Part shown: positions 38,221 to 50,628 of the stretch, piece after piece
How the letters are laid out: every line of letters begins with the position of its first letter
How positions within the stretch are numbered: the first letter of the stretch is position 1
Origin: Balanoglossus misakiensis
Taxonomy: Eukaryota > Animalia > Hemichordata
Assembly: GCA_040954595.2 (NCBI GenBank)
Contig: CM082585.2
Location: 3,812,902 to 3,876,901 of the forward strand
Direction of reading: 5' to 3'
Length of the DNA stretch: 64,000 nucleotides
Notes under the pieces: model-generated
Databases searched by the model: none
Told to the model about the DNA's origin: nothing
Seen by the model: only the letters and a program-made list of their open reading frames with translations
Position numbers and translations under genes: made by a program

Positions 38221-40919
38221 TCGCGCGTATTTACTCGACCCCTTTTTTTCTTACGTAAGTCTAGTGTCCATGCCCTTTCACTGATTAGAATCGCGTGAAG
38301 GTTAATAAATCTCTGGGAAAAGTAAATAGTATTTTATTGAAAATTTACATTTTGGGTGTATGTCAAAGGGTTCGCGATTAGACTTAGTCAGTCAAAATCC
38401 GGTTCGACATGATGACTAGCCTCCTGAGATATTCCTTCATCTTAACTTTTTCTTCGTCCTCGGGGTCAACGCCTTGAGTGCCCGTGATGATGATTCGACG
38501 CCACAAGTACGCACGCGGTTAGAATTCGGTACGATCTTTCAACCTGTTGGCATCGTAGAAGCCAGTGCAGCTACGTGGTCCATTACGTTCGCCGTGCCGC
38601 GGATCGACAACCAACTACTGACCAACGCACTAGCCGAATTCCCCCACCCGCTGGTGTGTAACGCCAATAATTCAGACTCCGTTTGCAGAATGTTCCGGCA
38701 CGCGCTCTCCTCTTTGGATGCCCGCACAACGAGTCGATATTCGCAGGTACGTCCATGAATTGAACGCTTTAGTTTCCTACCACACCGGTCACGTTAGACA
38801 AACTCCATATGACGCTGGTATATCATCTAGAAAAGCTTGTGATGCTTTGCTCCCATTCATTGGGAAGATTTCCAAATCGCTCTTCGGAACAGCAACGGTC
38901 AAAAACGTCGCTACACAAATTGATGCTTTGAAATCCGAAATGGTCAAACAAGCTGATGGAATGCTTCATTTCACGGACGATATGAGTTCCATCATGAAGT
39001 TAAACAGCGAGCGCATTGACAATCTATGGGGACAATACAATGTTTCTCAGAAAACCATCAACGAACTTATTGTTGCCGTTAGTGACATCGAAGCGCACGT
39101 TAAAAGATCGGAAGAAGCGGACAAAAACTTCAAGTTACGTACGGATCATTTCCAGCAATACCTGTTCATGCTGTTGTCTTTGCAAGAACGCACCGAAACA
39201 CTTGAGTCGCTCTGCGCGCAGGCAAAGTATCGACTGTTGAGTTTACAATCTTTACTACGCGGCTTCATCACCGAAGAATTGGTACGTCCGGACGAAATCC
39301 ATGCAGCATTAAAGAAACTGACTTTGACATTGACTGATAAGTATCCTGACTATAGAATCTCACATGTCCACCCTAGTTATTATTACAGGCAATCAGGTGC
39401 CATCTCATTCAAGTCTGAAGATTTATTGTTAATCAAAATTGGTGTACCCATTAATCGTGTTCCTTCTCTGTATGACGTGTATCGTATTATTTCTTTGCCG
39501 ATACCTACTCCATCTACAGCTCGGAATGAAACTTCCAATTTCGAGTTATCTCGTTCTGTTACTGTACTTAACATTATTCCTGATTTAGTTTCTATTCAAC
39601 GTGAAGGAGATATTTTTTTCCATATGACTAATGCTGATTTCTCTTCGTGTTCAGGTTTGTCGATTTTGATTTGCAGGACAACTTTTGCTATGTTCCGACC
39701 TGACTATCCCTCGTGTGCTAATGCATTGTTCCACGGTCGTCATGACGATGTCCTTCGGTTATGTAATACACAACTAGTCATGCGTTCTCATGAAATGCCC
39801 GTGGCCAAGGTTATTCAAGGTTCGCAAGTGTTGTTGCAAGGTTTTTCTGTCTCTTGGAATGTATCCTGTCCTTCAAAACCGCCGAAGACAATCTCAGGTT
39901 GTACATTTTGGGGTGAGACTAAAACGAAGGAAACCGAAGGAAACCGAAGGAAACTGAAGGACACTGTTTTTTCCATATTTTAGTGCGAAGGAAAAGGTTT
40001 TCTCTATGCTGGTGGCCGAAGGACTGGTTTAGCTTCGAATTAAACGCCGAAGGAAAGCGAAGGACGCTGATTTATCCATATTTAAGTGCGAAGGAAAAGG
40101 TTTTCTCTATGCTGGTGGCCGAAGGATAGGTTTAGTTCGGTAATTAATTATGCTGGTGGCCGAAGGACAGGTTTAGTTCGGTAATTAAAGCCGCAGGACG
40201 GGTTCAGCTCCGTAATTTTGGCCGAAGGAAAGCGAAGGACACTGATTTTTCCATATTTTAGTGCGAAGGACACGGTTTTCTGTATGCTAGAGGCCGAAGG
40301 ACAGGTTTAGCTCAGTAATTAAAGCCAAAGGACGGGTGTAGCTCCGTAATTTAGACCGAAGGAAAGCGAAGGACACTGATTTATCCCTATTTTAGTGCGA
40401 AGGACGTGGTTTTCTGTATGCTGGTGGCCGAAGGACTGGTTTAGCTTCGAATTAAACGCCGAAGGACGGATGTAGCTCCGTAATTTAGGCCGAAGGAAAG
40501 CGAAGGACGCTCATATCTCCATATTTTAGGGCGAAGGACGTGGTTTTCTCTATGCTGGGGGCCGAAGGACTGGTTTAGTTCGGTAATTAAAGCTTAAGGA
40601 CGGGTGTAGCTCCGTAATTTTGGCCGAAGGAAACCGAAGGACACTGATTTTTCCATATTTTCGGCCGAAGGACGAGGTTTTCTGTATGCTAGAGGCCGAA
40701 GGACAAGTGTAGCTCAGTAATTTAGGGCGAAGGAAACCGAAGGACGCTGATTTATCCCTATTTTAGTGCGAAGGACGTGGTTTTCTGTATGCTGGTGGCC
40801 GAAGGACTGGTTTAGCTTCGAATTAAACGCCGAAGGACGGATGTAGCTCCGTAATTTAGGCCGAAGGAAAGCGAAGGACGCTCATATCTCCATATTTTAG
40901 GGCGAAGGGAAGCCAGTAA

Positions 40920-41729
40920 GGTGCGGAATTGTGTTTTATCGTTTTTAGAAAGTTTAGCTACAAGTGTAGAAAGCTAAATTAGCTGTAGCTAAATAGTTCT
41001 AAACTATCTAAGTTTTAAGGATAATTATCACTACGATAATTATCGCTTTCTAAATATCGTTCTAAATTTATAAATTAGCCACAGTTTAGAAAGCCCCCCC
41101 CCCCCCGACTAAAATTTTCTGCCGACGATATAAGTGCTGTATTTCCATTCCAATATTTGCGGAATTTTCATGTATGATTTCAATTGGTGCATTTCAATTT
41201 CAATATTTGCGGACGGGAGAATGTTGGGAATCGTTTATTGCCCAAATCAAGCCTTATCTCAAAACTCCTCTCAGTTTATTGAGATATGGGCTTCGTTTGT
41301 ATGACACCATTGTTCTGTGCAACGACTGAAGTCTCAGGTTAATCAATGTCTTAACACCATTGTTCTACCATTATGAGGTGTTGTAAAATGTCAGAGTTAG
41401 AACTTCGACTATATATACTGTTAAAATAAAACAAAGATCACATTTGACTTCCCACCGAAGTACTGGCCATCCCGTCTCTCTCTTCATTCCAAGCCTACTT
41501 CCAAAGTGTACGCCGTACATTTGTAAACGCCCAAGTAGTCCAACTTTCTAAACTGCTGCTAGTTTAGAAAGTTTAGAACGATATTTAGAAAGTGATAATT
41601 ATCTTGAAAAAAGCCGTGTTTATCATTATTAGCTAAATTAGCTTCCTTAGACAATACATGTAGTTTAGAAATGCCCCTTCAATAAGACCATGGACGTAAA
41701 AAGAGCATGATAAGACACAATTCCGCACC
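40920..41729. mobile_element. Harbinger-like MITE nested in the foldback element
   Basis: TAA-GGTGCGGAATTGTGT ... ACACAATTCCGCACC-TAA. Confidence 0.85.
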
Positions 41730-41852
41730 TAACTCAGGAAAGCGAAGGACAGTGATTCTCCATATTTTAGGGAGAAGGACATTAGTATCCATCTCTCTGT
41801 ATCTCGGAATTAGGATATCAATAGTGTGATCTTGTGTTGAGATCGTTTTTTG

Positions 41853-42038
41853 TCAGTTGTTTTTCATTTCCAGTTCATGGAACGTAATGTCGGCTATTCC
41901 CGGTGAAGCATTTGAGCCCACGGTACAACTGCATGTTTGCTTGTAGAATTTGTTGTTTAATTCAAAAGTATTGTTACGTAGAATTAGTGATAGCATTTCT
42001 ATGAGGTATGTTTGTTTAGTTTTGTTTCGTGTAAACAT
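41853..42038 (-). mobile_element. Penelope-like RT fragment
   Basis: LSLILRNNTFELNNKFYKQT...VGSNASPGIADITFHELE resembles the PLE RT motif N-x-F-x-FNG-xx-Y-x-Q-xx-G-x-AMGS-xx-AP. Confidence 0.65.
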
Positions 42039-42351
42039 GACACTCTACTTAAGATCTCGACATTGATATCAGTAACTCTGGTCAGACGTGTACTAGCTGA
42101 CGCCAAGTCTCTGATAATCGTGAGAGAATCGTGTCCTTCGCCCTAAAATATGGAAATATGACTGTCCTTCCTTTTCCTTCGCCCTAAAAAATGGAAATAT
42201 GACTGTCCTTCGGTTTCCTTCGCCCTAAATTACTGAGCTACACTTGTCCTTCGGCCTCTAGCATACAGAAAACCTCGTCCTTCGGCCGAAAATAGGGATA
42301 AATCAGCGTCCTTCGGTTTCCTTCGCCCTAAATTACTGAGCTACACTTGTC

Positions 42352-45108
42352 CTTCGGCCTCTAGCATACAGAAAACCGTGTCCTTCGCACTAAAATATGG
42401 AAAAATCAGTGTCCTTCGGTTTCCTTCGGCCAAAATTACGGAGCTACACCCGTCCTTAAGCTTTAATTACCGAACTAAACCAGTCCTTCGGCCCCCAGCA
42501 TAGAGAAAACCACGTCCTTCGCACTAAAATACGGATAAATCAGCGTCCTTCGCTTTCCTTCGGCCAAAATTACGGAGCTACACCCGTCCTTCGGCGTTTA
42601 ATTCGAAGCTAAACCAGTCCTTCGGCCTCTAGCATACAGAAAACCGTGTCCTTCGCACTAAAATATGGAAAAATCAGTGTCCTTCGGTTTCCTTCGGCCA
42701 AAATTACGGAGCTACACCCGTCCTTAAGCTTTAATTACCGAACTAAACCAGTCCTTCGGCCCCCAGCATAGAGAAAACCACGTCCTTCGCACTAAAATAC
42801 GGATAAATCAGCGTCCTTCGCTTTCCTTCGGCCAAAATTACGGAGCTACACCCGTCCTTCGGCGTTTAATTCGAAGCTAAACCAGTCCTTCGGCCTCTAG
42901 CATACAGAAAACCGTGTCCTTCGCACTAAAATATGGAAAAATCAGTGTCCTTCGGTTTCCTTCGGCCAAAATTACGGAGCTACACCCGTCCTTAAGCTTT
43001 AATTACCGAACTAAACCAGTCCTTCGGCCCCCAGCATAGAGAAAACCACGTCCTTCGCACTAAAATACGGATAAATCAGCGTCCTTCGCTTTCCTTCGGC
43101 CAAAATTACGGAGCTACACCCGTCCTTCGGCGTTTAATTCGAAGCTAAACCAGTCCTTCGGCCTCTAGCATACAGAAAACCGTGTCCTTCGCACTAAAAT
43201 ATGGAAAAATCAGTGTCCTTCGGTTTCCTTCGGCCAAAATTACGGAGCTACACCCGTCCTTAAGCTTTAATTACCGAACTAAACCAGTCCTTCGGCCCCC
43301 AGCATAGAGAAAACCACGTCCTTCGCACTAAAATACGGATAAATCAGCGTCCTTCGCTTTCCTTCGGCCAAAATTACGGAGCTACACCCGTCCTTCGGCG
43401 TTTAATTCGAAGCTAAACCAGTCCTTCGGCCTCTAGCATACAGAAAACCGTGTCCTTCGCACTAAAATATGGAAAAATCAGTGTCCTTCGGTTTCCTTCG
43501 GCCAAAATTACGGAGCTACACCCGTCCTTAAGCTTTAATTACCGAACTAAACCAGTCCTTCGGCCCCCAGCATAGAGAAAACCACGTCCTTCGCACTAAA
43601 ATACGGATAAATCAGCGTCCTTCGCTTTCCTTCGGCCAAAATTACGGAGCTACACCCGTCCTTCGGCGTTTAATTCGAAGCTAAACCAGTCCTTCGGCCT
43701 CTAGCATACAGAAAACCGTGTCCTTCGCACTAAAATATGGAAAAATCAGTGTCCTTCGGTTTCCTTCGGCCAAAATTACGGAGCTACACCCGTCCTTAAG
43801 CTTTAATTACCGAACTAAACCAGTCCTTCGGCCCCCAGCATAGAGAAAACCACGTCCTTCGCACTAAAATACGGATAAATCAGCGTCCTTCGCTTTCCTT
43901 CGGCCAAAATTACGGAGCTACACCCGTCCTTCGGCGTTTAATTCGAAGCTAAACCAGTCCTTCGGCCTCTAGCATACAGAAAACCGTGTCCTTCGCACTA
44001 AAATATGGAAAAATCAGTGTCCTTCGGTTTCCTTCGGCCAAAATTACGGAGCTACACCCGTCCTTAAGCTTTAATTACCGAACTAAACCAGTCCTTCGGC
44101 CCCCAGCATAGAGAAAACCACGTCCTTCGCACTAAAATACGGATAAATCAGCGTCCTTCGCTTTCCTTCGGCCAAAATTACGGAGCTACACCCGTCCTTC
44201 GGCGTTTAATTCGAAGCTAAACCAGTCCTTCGGCCTCTAGCATACAGAAAACCGTGTCCTTCGCACTAAAATATGGAAAAATCAGTGTCCTTCGGTTTCC
44301 TTCGGCCAAAATTACGGAGCTACACCCGTCCTTAAGCTTTAATTACCGAACTAAACCAGTCCTTCGGCCCCCAGCATAGAGAAAACCACGTCCTTCGCAC
44401 TAAAATACGGATAAATCAGCGTCCTTCGCTTTCCTTCGGCCAAAATTACGGAGCTACACCCGTCCTTCGGCGTTTAATTCGAAGCTAAACCAGTCCTTCG
44501 GCCTCTAGCATACAGAAAACCGTGTCCTTCGCACTAAAATATGGAAAAATCAGTGTCCTTCGGTTTCCTTCGGCCAAAATTACGGAGCTACACCCGTCCT
44601 TAAGCTTTAATTACCGAACTAAACCAGTCCTTCGGCCCCCAGCATAGAGAAAACCACGTCCTTCGCACTAAAATACGGATAAATCAGCGTCCTTCGCTTT
44701 CCTTCGGCCAAAATTACGGAGCTACACCCGTCCTTCGGCGTTTAATTCGAAGCTAAACCAGTCCTTCGGCCTCTAGCATACAGAAAACCGTGTCCTTCGC
44801 ACTAAAATATGGAAAAATCAGTGTCCTTCGGTTTCCTTCGGCCAAAATTACGGAGCTACACCCGTCCTTAAGCTTTAATTACCGAACTAAACCAGTCCTT
44901 CGGCCCCCAGCATAGAGAAAACCACGTCCTTCGCACTAAAATACGGATAAATCAGCGTCCTTCGCTTTCCTTCGGCCAAAATTACGGAGCTACACCCGTC
45001 CTTCGGCGTTTAATTCGAAGCTAAACCAGTCCTTCGGCCTCTAGCATACAGAAAACCGTGTCCTTCGCACTAAAATATGGAAAAATCAGTGTCCTTCGGT
45101 TTCCTTCG
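42352..45108. repeat. Homogeneous 268-bp higher-order tandem array (2 x 134 bp), about 10 copies
   Basis: AGCATACAGAAAACC recurs at 42363, 42631, 42899, 43167 and onward; the alternate subunit is offset by 134 bp. Confidence 0.95.
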
Positions 45109-45860
45109 TTTTAGGTTATGCTTACATTTTGTATTATTACAGTTCCTTGTGGGTGTGTTGTTATGTCTGATTATTACTATGTCGATACATTGGATATCGA
45201 TTGCCAACCACATGAATTGGAATATGTCCATAAGATGAACTGCCCGTTTTTGTTGAGTCTGTATAATGACACGTTTCTTTTCCCTACTTATAACTATTCT
45301 TCTGATGCCCCATGGTCTACCAAATTACCTGATGTAAATGTCGCTGAAGGTCGATGGTCTCTTTCTCTATGTGTATCGAATTATTTCTTGCCGATACCTA
45401 CAACATCTACTTCTAATTTTGAATTGTTTCGTATTACCGCTGCAATATTCTTGTTGTTCATACATCGGAGAATTTGTAGCGATGAGGTAACGGGCTCTGA
45501 CGAGAACAGTGATCCACGGAGACACGTATCTGATTCACGCAGATTTATTGTCGAGAATTACTCTGGTACATCAAATACGCCCAGTAAAGTACGTGAGGAG
45601 GTGAACGAGCTCAGTAGCCTAAGGTACTCCCATCTCCCGTTAGATTCTTTTTCTTACAACTTTGGAATCAAAGTTCTCATATAATCATTTTCTCAAGGCA
45701 TGGTTAATCATGTAAAATATCACAAATACTATGTACATCACAATTCAACTATATACGTATCAATTTACATAAAGCGTTATATAACAAAGTCAGTTCAATG
45801 ACGATTGACAAAAAGAACAGTCAGTTAAACACCAGCTCCCTTATCTACTAACCGCCAATT

Positions 45861-46374
45861 TGTCACCGTCTCACTTTAGACTCTCACTCACTGTCAGTCC
45901 GTAGAGTCTTAATTCAGTCGAGGTACCAATCAGGATCGTAATACTTTTAGTAACTGAGGCAGACACCAGGTATTCAAGTTCAGATCTCCAACAAAATCTT
46001 TAATAACAAGTACTGAACCTCTACTTAGAATTCTTCACCGAAAAGGTGTACATCACTCATATTTAGAATGTCAAAATTCCATTAGTCACCTTTCTTAAAA
46101 TGAGTCATCTTTTAAAATTTGAAAGTTCAATGCCTTCTACTTGATTATACGATGTTCTTCTCTAGGTAATACGTTCATAATATTATGGTATTATTTGCTG
46201 TGTCTCGGTAATAAAATTTCTACGCCATCGCCGCTTGACTCCAACACGTGGGGTACGCTGTAGTTTTGTGTAAACACCATTGTTACTTTTGGTTCCAGGG
46301 ACCACAATAATTGTATTTATTACGTAACCAAACTATAGGTCAACTTGAAAATGAGGATGTATGAGGGCGTTACA
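45861..46374 (-). repeat. LTR preceded by a polypurine tract
   Basis: AAAAGGGTGGAAGAG (46389-46375) then TGTAAC...GTGACA. Confidence 0.88.
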
Positions 46375-46523
46375 CTCTTCCACCCTTTTAATAACCAGCG
46401 TCCTCGCTGGTCTGAGCGAAGATCGACCACAGAGCTTCAGGTAAAGGGCCTTGAGACTCTCGTAGGGGAGTTACATCTTCAGCGTTATTCTTAACGGAAC
46501 CAGACGACCTGCATCGGGACCAC

Positions 46524-49500
46524 TTACAACACGTCACAAGCTTTTCCAGATGATCTCCCAGCGTCATATGGAGTTTGTCTAACGTGACCGGTGTGGTAGG
46601 AAACTAAACCGTTCAATTCATACTGATCCAGGGGATTAACGAAAACCTGTGAATGTTTCCGCATCGTTTCAGCCATAGCACCGAGGTCAAACTTTCTCTC
46701 CTTATCACGGTTTAACGCATGAGACCTTCGACCTTCAACGACATTTACATCAGGTAATTTGGTAGACCATGGGGCATCAGAAGAATAGTTATAAGTAGGG
46801 AAAAGAAACGTGTCATTATACAGACTCAACAAAAACGGACAGTTCATATTATGGACATATTCCAATTCATGTGGTTGGCAATCGATATCCAATGTATCGA
46901 CATAGTAATAGTCGGACATAACAACACAACCACAAGGAACTGTAATAATACAAAATGTACAACCTGAGATTGTCTTCGGCGGTTTTGAAGGACAGGATAC
47001 ATTCCAAGAGACAGAAAAACCTTGCAACAACACTTGCGAACCTTGAATAACCTTGGCCACGGGCATTTCATGAGAACGCATGACTAGTTGTGTATTACAT
47101 AACCGAAGGACATCGTCATGACGACCGTGGAACAATGCATTAGCACACGAGGGATAGTCAGGTCGGAACATAGCAAAAATTGTCCTGCAAATCAAAATCG
47201 ACAAACCTGAACACGAAGAGAAATCAGCATTAGTCATATGGAAAAAAATATCTCCTTCACGTTGAATAGAAACTAAATCAGGAATAATGTTAAGTACAGT
47301 AACAGAACGAGAATATAGCTGTGAACAGCAATAAGCGGGTTTCGAGACACTACTAGCCCTATTGGTTCGCCTGGAGATAGATTTGTGCATATTTAATTAC
47401 TACATTAGTTGTTCTATCACTCCAAATGCCAAGGGTGTATGTGCTGTGGATGCTGAGATGTGGAAAAGTAGGTCACAGGTCACGTGAGGTCACGCTTAAT
47501 ATGAGCAGAAAATGTTTACGCTATACTGGTCCATGTCAAACAAAAACCAGACCTGTAGCCCTACTGGTTTACCTGGAATTAGGTATGCACATAATTAATG
47601 AGTTAGGCAGGTGTCACAGGTGACTCTAAAATTTGGCTTCTTATTTTGGTCCCGTCCACCCAAACACCTAAGCTGTACCTGCTCTGGATGCCGAGATATG
47701 TGAAAGTAGGTCAAAGGTCACCCAAGGTCACCCAAAATTTGGGGAAAAAATTTGACCCCATACTGGTCCATGTCCGACAAAAACCAGACCTGTAGCCCTA
47801 TTGGTTTGCCTGGAATTAGGTATGCACATAGTTAATGAGTTGAGCAGGTGTCACAGGTGAGCCTTAAATTTGGCTTTTTATTTTGGTCCCATCCACCCAA
47901 ACACCTGAGCTGTACCTGCTCTGGATGCTGAGATATGCGAAAGTAGGTCAAAGGTAACCCAAGGTCACCCAAAATTTGGGGAAAAAATTTGACCCCATAC
48001 TGGTCCATGTCCGACAAAAACCAGACCTGTAGCCCTATTGGTTTGCCTTGAATTAGGTATGCACATAATTAATGAGTTAAGCAGGTGTCACAGGTGAGCC
48101 TTGAATTTGGCTTCTTATTTTGGTCCCATCCACCCAAACACCTGAGCTGTACCTGCTCTGGATGCTGAGATATGCGAAAGTAGGTCAAAGGTCACCCAAG
48201 GTCACCCAAAATTTGGGGAAAAAATTTGACCCCATACTGGTCCATGTCCGACAAAAACCAGACCTGTAGCCCTATTGGTTTGCCTGGAATTAGGTATGCA
48301 CATAGTTAATGAGTTGAGCAGGTGTCACAGGTGAGCCTTAAATTTGGCTTCTTATTTTGGTCCCATCCACCCAAACACCTGAGCTGTACCTGCTCTGGAT
48401 GCTGAGATATGCGAAAGTAGGTCAAAGGTAACCCAAGGTCACCCAAAATTTGGGGAAAAAATTTGACCCCATACTGGTCCATGTCCGACAAAAACCAGAC
48501 CTGTAGCCCTATTGGTTTGCCTTGAATTAGGTATGCACATAATTAATGAGTTAAGCAGGTGTCACAGGTGAGCCTTGAATTTGGCTTCTTATTTTGGTCC
48601 CATCCACCCAAACACCTGAGCTGTACCTGCTCTGGATGCTGAGATATGCGAAAGTAGGTCAAAGGTCACCCAAGGTCACCCAAAATTTGGGGAAAAAATT
48701 TGACCCCATACTGGTCCATGTCCGACAAAAACCAGACCTGTAGCCCTATTGGTTTGCCTGGAATTAGGTATGCACATAATTAATGAGTTGAGCAGGTGTC
48801 ACAGGTGAGCCTTAAATTTGGCTTCTTATTTTGGTCCTATGCTGCAGACTATTGCACCGACCAGAATTCTACAAAACTATGTGGCCATAGCTTAAGTATA
48901 GTGGAATAAGTATAGGTATAGATTTCATAAAAAAATTAATATATTATTTTTTCCAGTTGGAAATGATTGTCGGAAGGTAGGCTAGCTGCACACAAAATTT
49001 GAAGCTGATCAGCCCAGCGGATGTTGAGATATTGGGCATAAATCTAAAATCCTAGGGGGCCATTGCTTAACCATGGAAAGTATAGGCCAATGGCTTGGTC
49101 CAATGGTCATGGAAAATATGAAAAATAATGCTTTAAAAATCATCTCCTCAAAATCGGCAAGGACTTAGACATTGAAATTTGGCATATAGGACCCTGGCCA
49201 TATGGTCCACAAAGTTTCTGAACAGAATTTGGATTCTTCATTTTTTATGCAAATTAGACCAATTTAAAAGTTTAAATCCAAGATGGCTGCCAGGTCATGT
49301 GACCTGTTGCCATAGTGACATGATCAGAAAATTACTTGCTTTGAGTTTTACCTATGAGCCAAATTTCAAGTCATTGGGTGCAACGGTCTTCGAATAGCGG
49401 CTGTTTTTAAAAGTGGGAAGAAGAATAATAATAATAATAATAAAAAACAACACGATTTCAAGAGGGTTTCGAGACCCCTCTGGTCTCGAAACCCTAATAA

Positions 49501-50628
49501 CTCGAAATTGGAAGTTTCATTCCGAGCTGTAGATGGAGTAGGTATCGGCAAAGAAATAATACGATACACGTCATACAGAGAAGGAACACGATTAATGGGT
49601 ACACCAATTTTGATTAACAATAAATCTTCAGACTTGAATGAGATGGCACCTGATTGCCTGTAATAATAACTAGGGTGGACATGTGAGATTCTATAGTCAG
49701 GATACTTATCAGTCAATGTCAAAGTCAGTTTCTTTAATGCTGCATGGATTTTGTCCGGACGTACCAATTCTTCGGTGATGTAGCCGCGTAGTAAAGATTG
49801 TAAACTCAACAGTCGATACTTTGCCTGCGCGCAGAGCGACTCAAGTGTTTCGGTGCGTTCTTGCAAAGACAACAGCATTAACAGGTATTGATGGAAATGG
49901 TCCGTACGCAATTTGAAGTGATTATCCGCTTCTTCCGAACTTTTAACGTGCGCTTCGATGTCACTAACGGCAACAATAAGTTCGTTGATGGTTTAGTGAG
50001 AAACATTGTATTGTCCCCATAGATTGTCAATGCGCTCGCTGTTTAACTTCATGATGGAACTCATATCGTCCGTGAAATGAAGCATTCCATCAGCTTGTTT
50101 GACCATTTCGGATTTCAAAGCATCAATTTGTGTAGCGACGTCTTTGACCGTTGCTGTTCCGAAGAGCGATTTGGAAATCTTCCCAATGAATGGGAGCAAA
50201 GCATCACAAGCTTTTCTAGATGATATACCAGCGTCATATGGAGTTTGTCTAACGTGACCGGTGTGGTAGGAAACTAAAGCGTTCAATTCATGGACGTACC
50301 TGCGAATATCGACTCGTTGTGCGGCATCCAAAGAGGAGAGCGCGTGCCAGAACATTCTGCAAACGGAGTCTGAATTATTGGCGTTGCACACCAGCGGGGG
50401 GGGGGGGGGGGATTCGGCTAGTGCGTTGGTCAGTAGTTGGTTGTCGATCCACGGCACAGCGAACGTAATGGACCACGTAGCTGCACTGGCTTCTACGATG
50501 CCAACAGGTTGAAAGAACCGCGTGCGTACTTGTGGCGTCGGATCATCATCACGGGCACTCAAGGCGTTGACCCCGAGGACGAAGAAAAAGTTAAGATGAA
50601 GGAATATCTCAGGAGGCTAGTCATCATG
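46524..50628 (-). pseudogene. Second env-like copy (antisense), split by a HINE element
   Basis: ORFs 49993-50562, 49497-49911 and 46524-47311 are near-identical to the plus-strand env; followed by PPT and LTR. Confidence 0.85.
47312..49496 (-). mobile_element. Intact HINE family A copy
   Basis: Both termini, (TTA)n tract, 237-bp repeats; empty site GAGTTATCTCG at 39543-39553. Confidence 0.88.

Larger units (their letters stand above)
39911..45122. mobile_element. Foldback (MULE-like) non-autonomous element with repeat-built arms and 9-bp TSD
   Basis: TACATTTTG at 39902-39910 and 45123-45131 (single in the other env copy); left arm of CGAAGGA modules, right arm of TCCTTCG modules; both ends contain CTAAAACGAAGGAAACCGAAGG. 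Confidence 0.85.
38409..45355 (+). pseudogene. env-like ORF (class I, baculovirus-F/errantivirus type), split by the foldback element
   Basis: Lies after integrase; hydrophobic leader (frameshifted), SRKACD-ALLPFIGKISKSLFGTAT cleavage/fusion-peptide-like motif, heptad region, Cys-rich C-terminal half resuming at 45132. Confidence 0.75.

Noticed and set aside
39911-45122. CGAAGGA-punctuated array as CRISPR-like or coding repeat
   Set aside because: Intervening segments recur periodically and the unit is bounded by a TSD.
45118-45684. 188-aa ORF as a standalone gene
   Set aside because: Chimera of transposon end, env remnant and unrelated sequence.
49366-49911. Env ORF with an apparent hydrophobic tail ([12 protein letters not shown]) as a TM anchor
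   Set aside because: The tail is read-through into the HINE (TTA)n tract, not native env.
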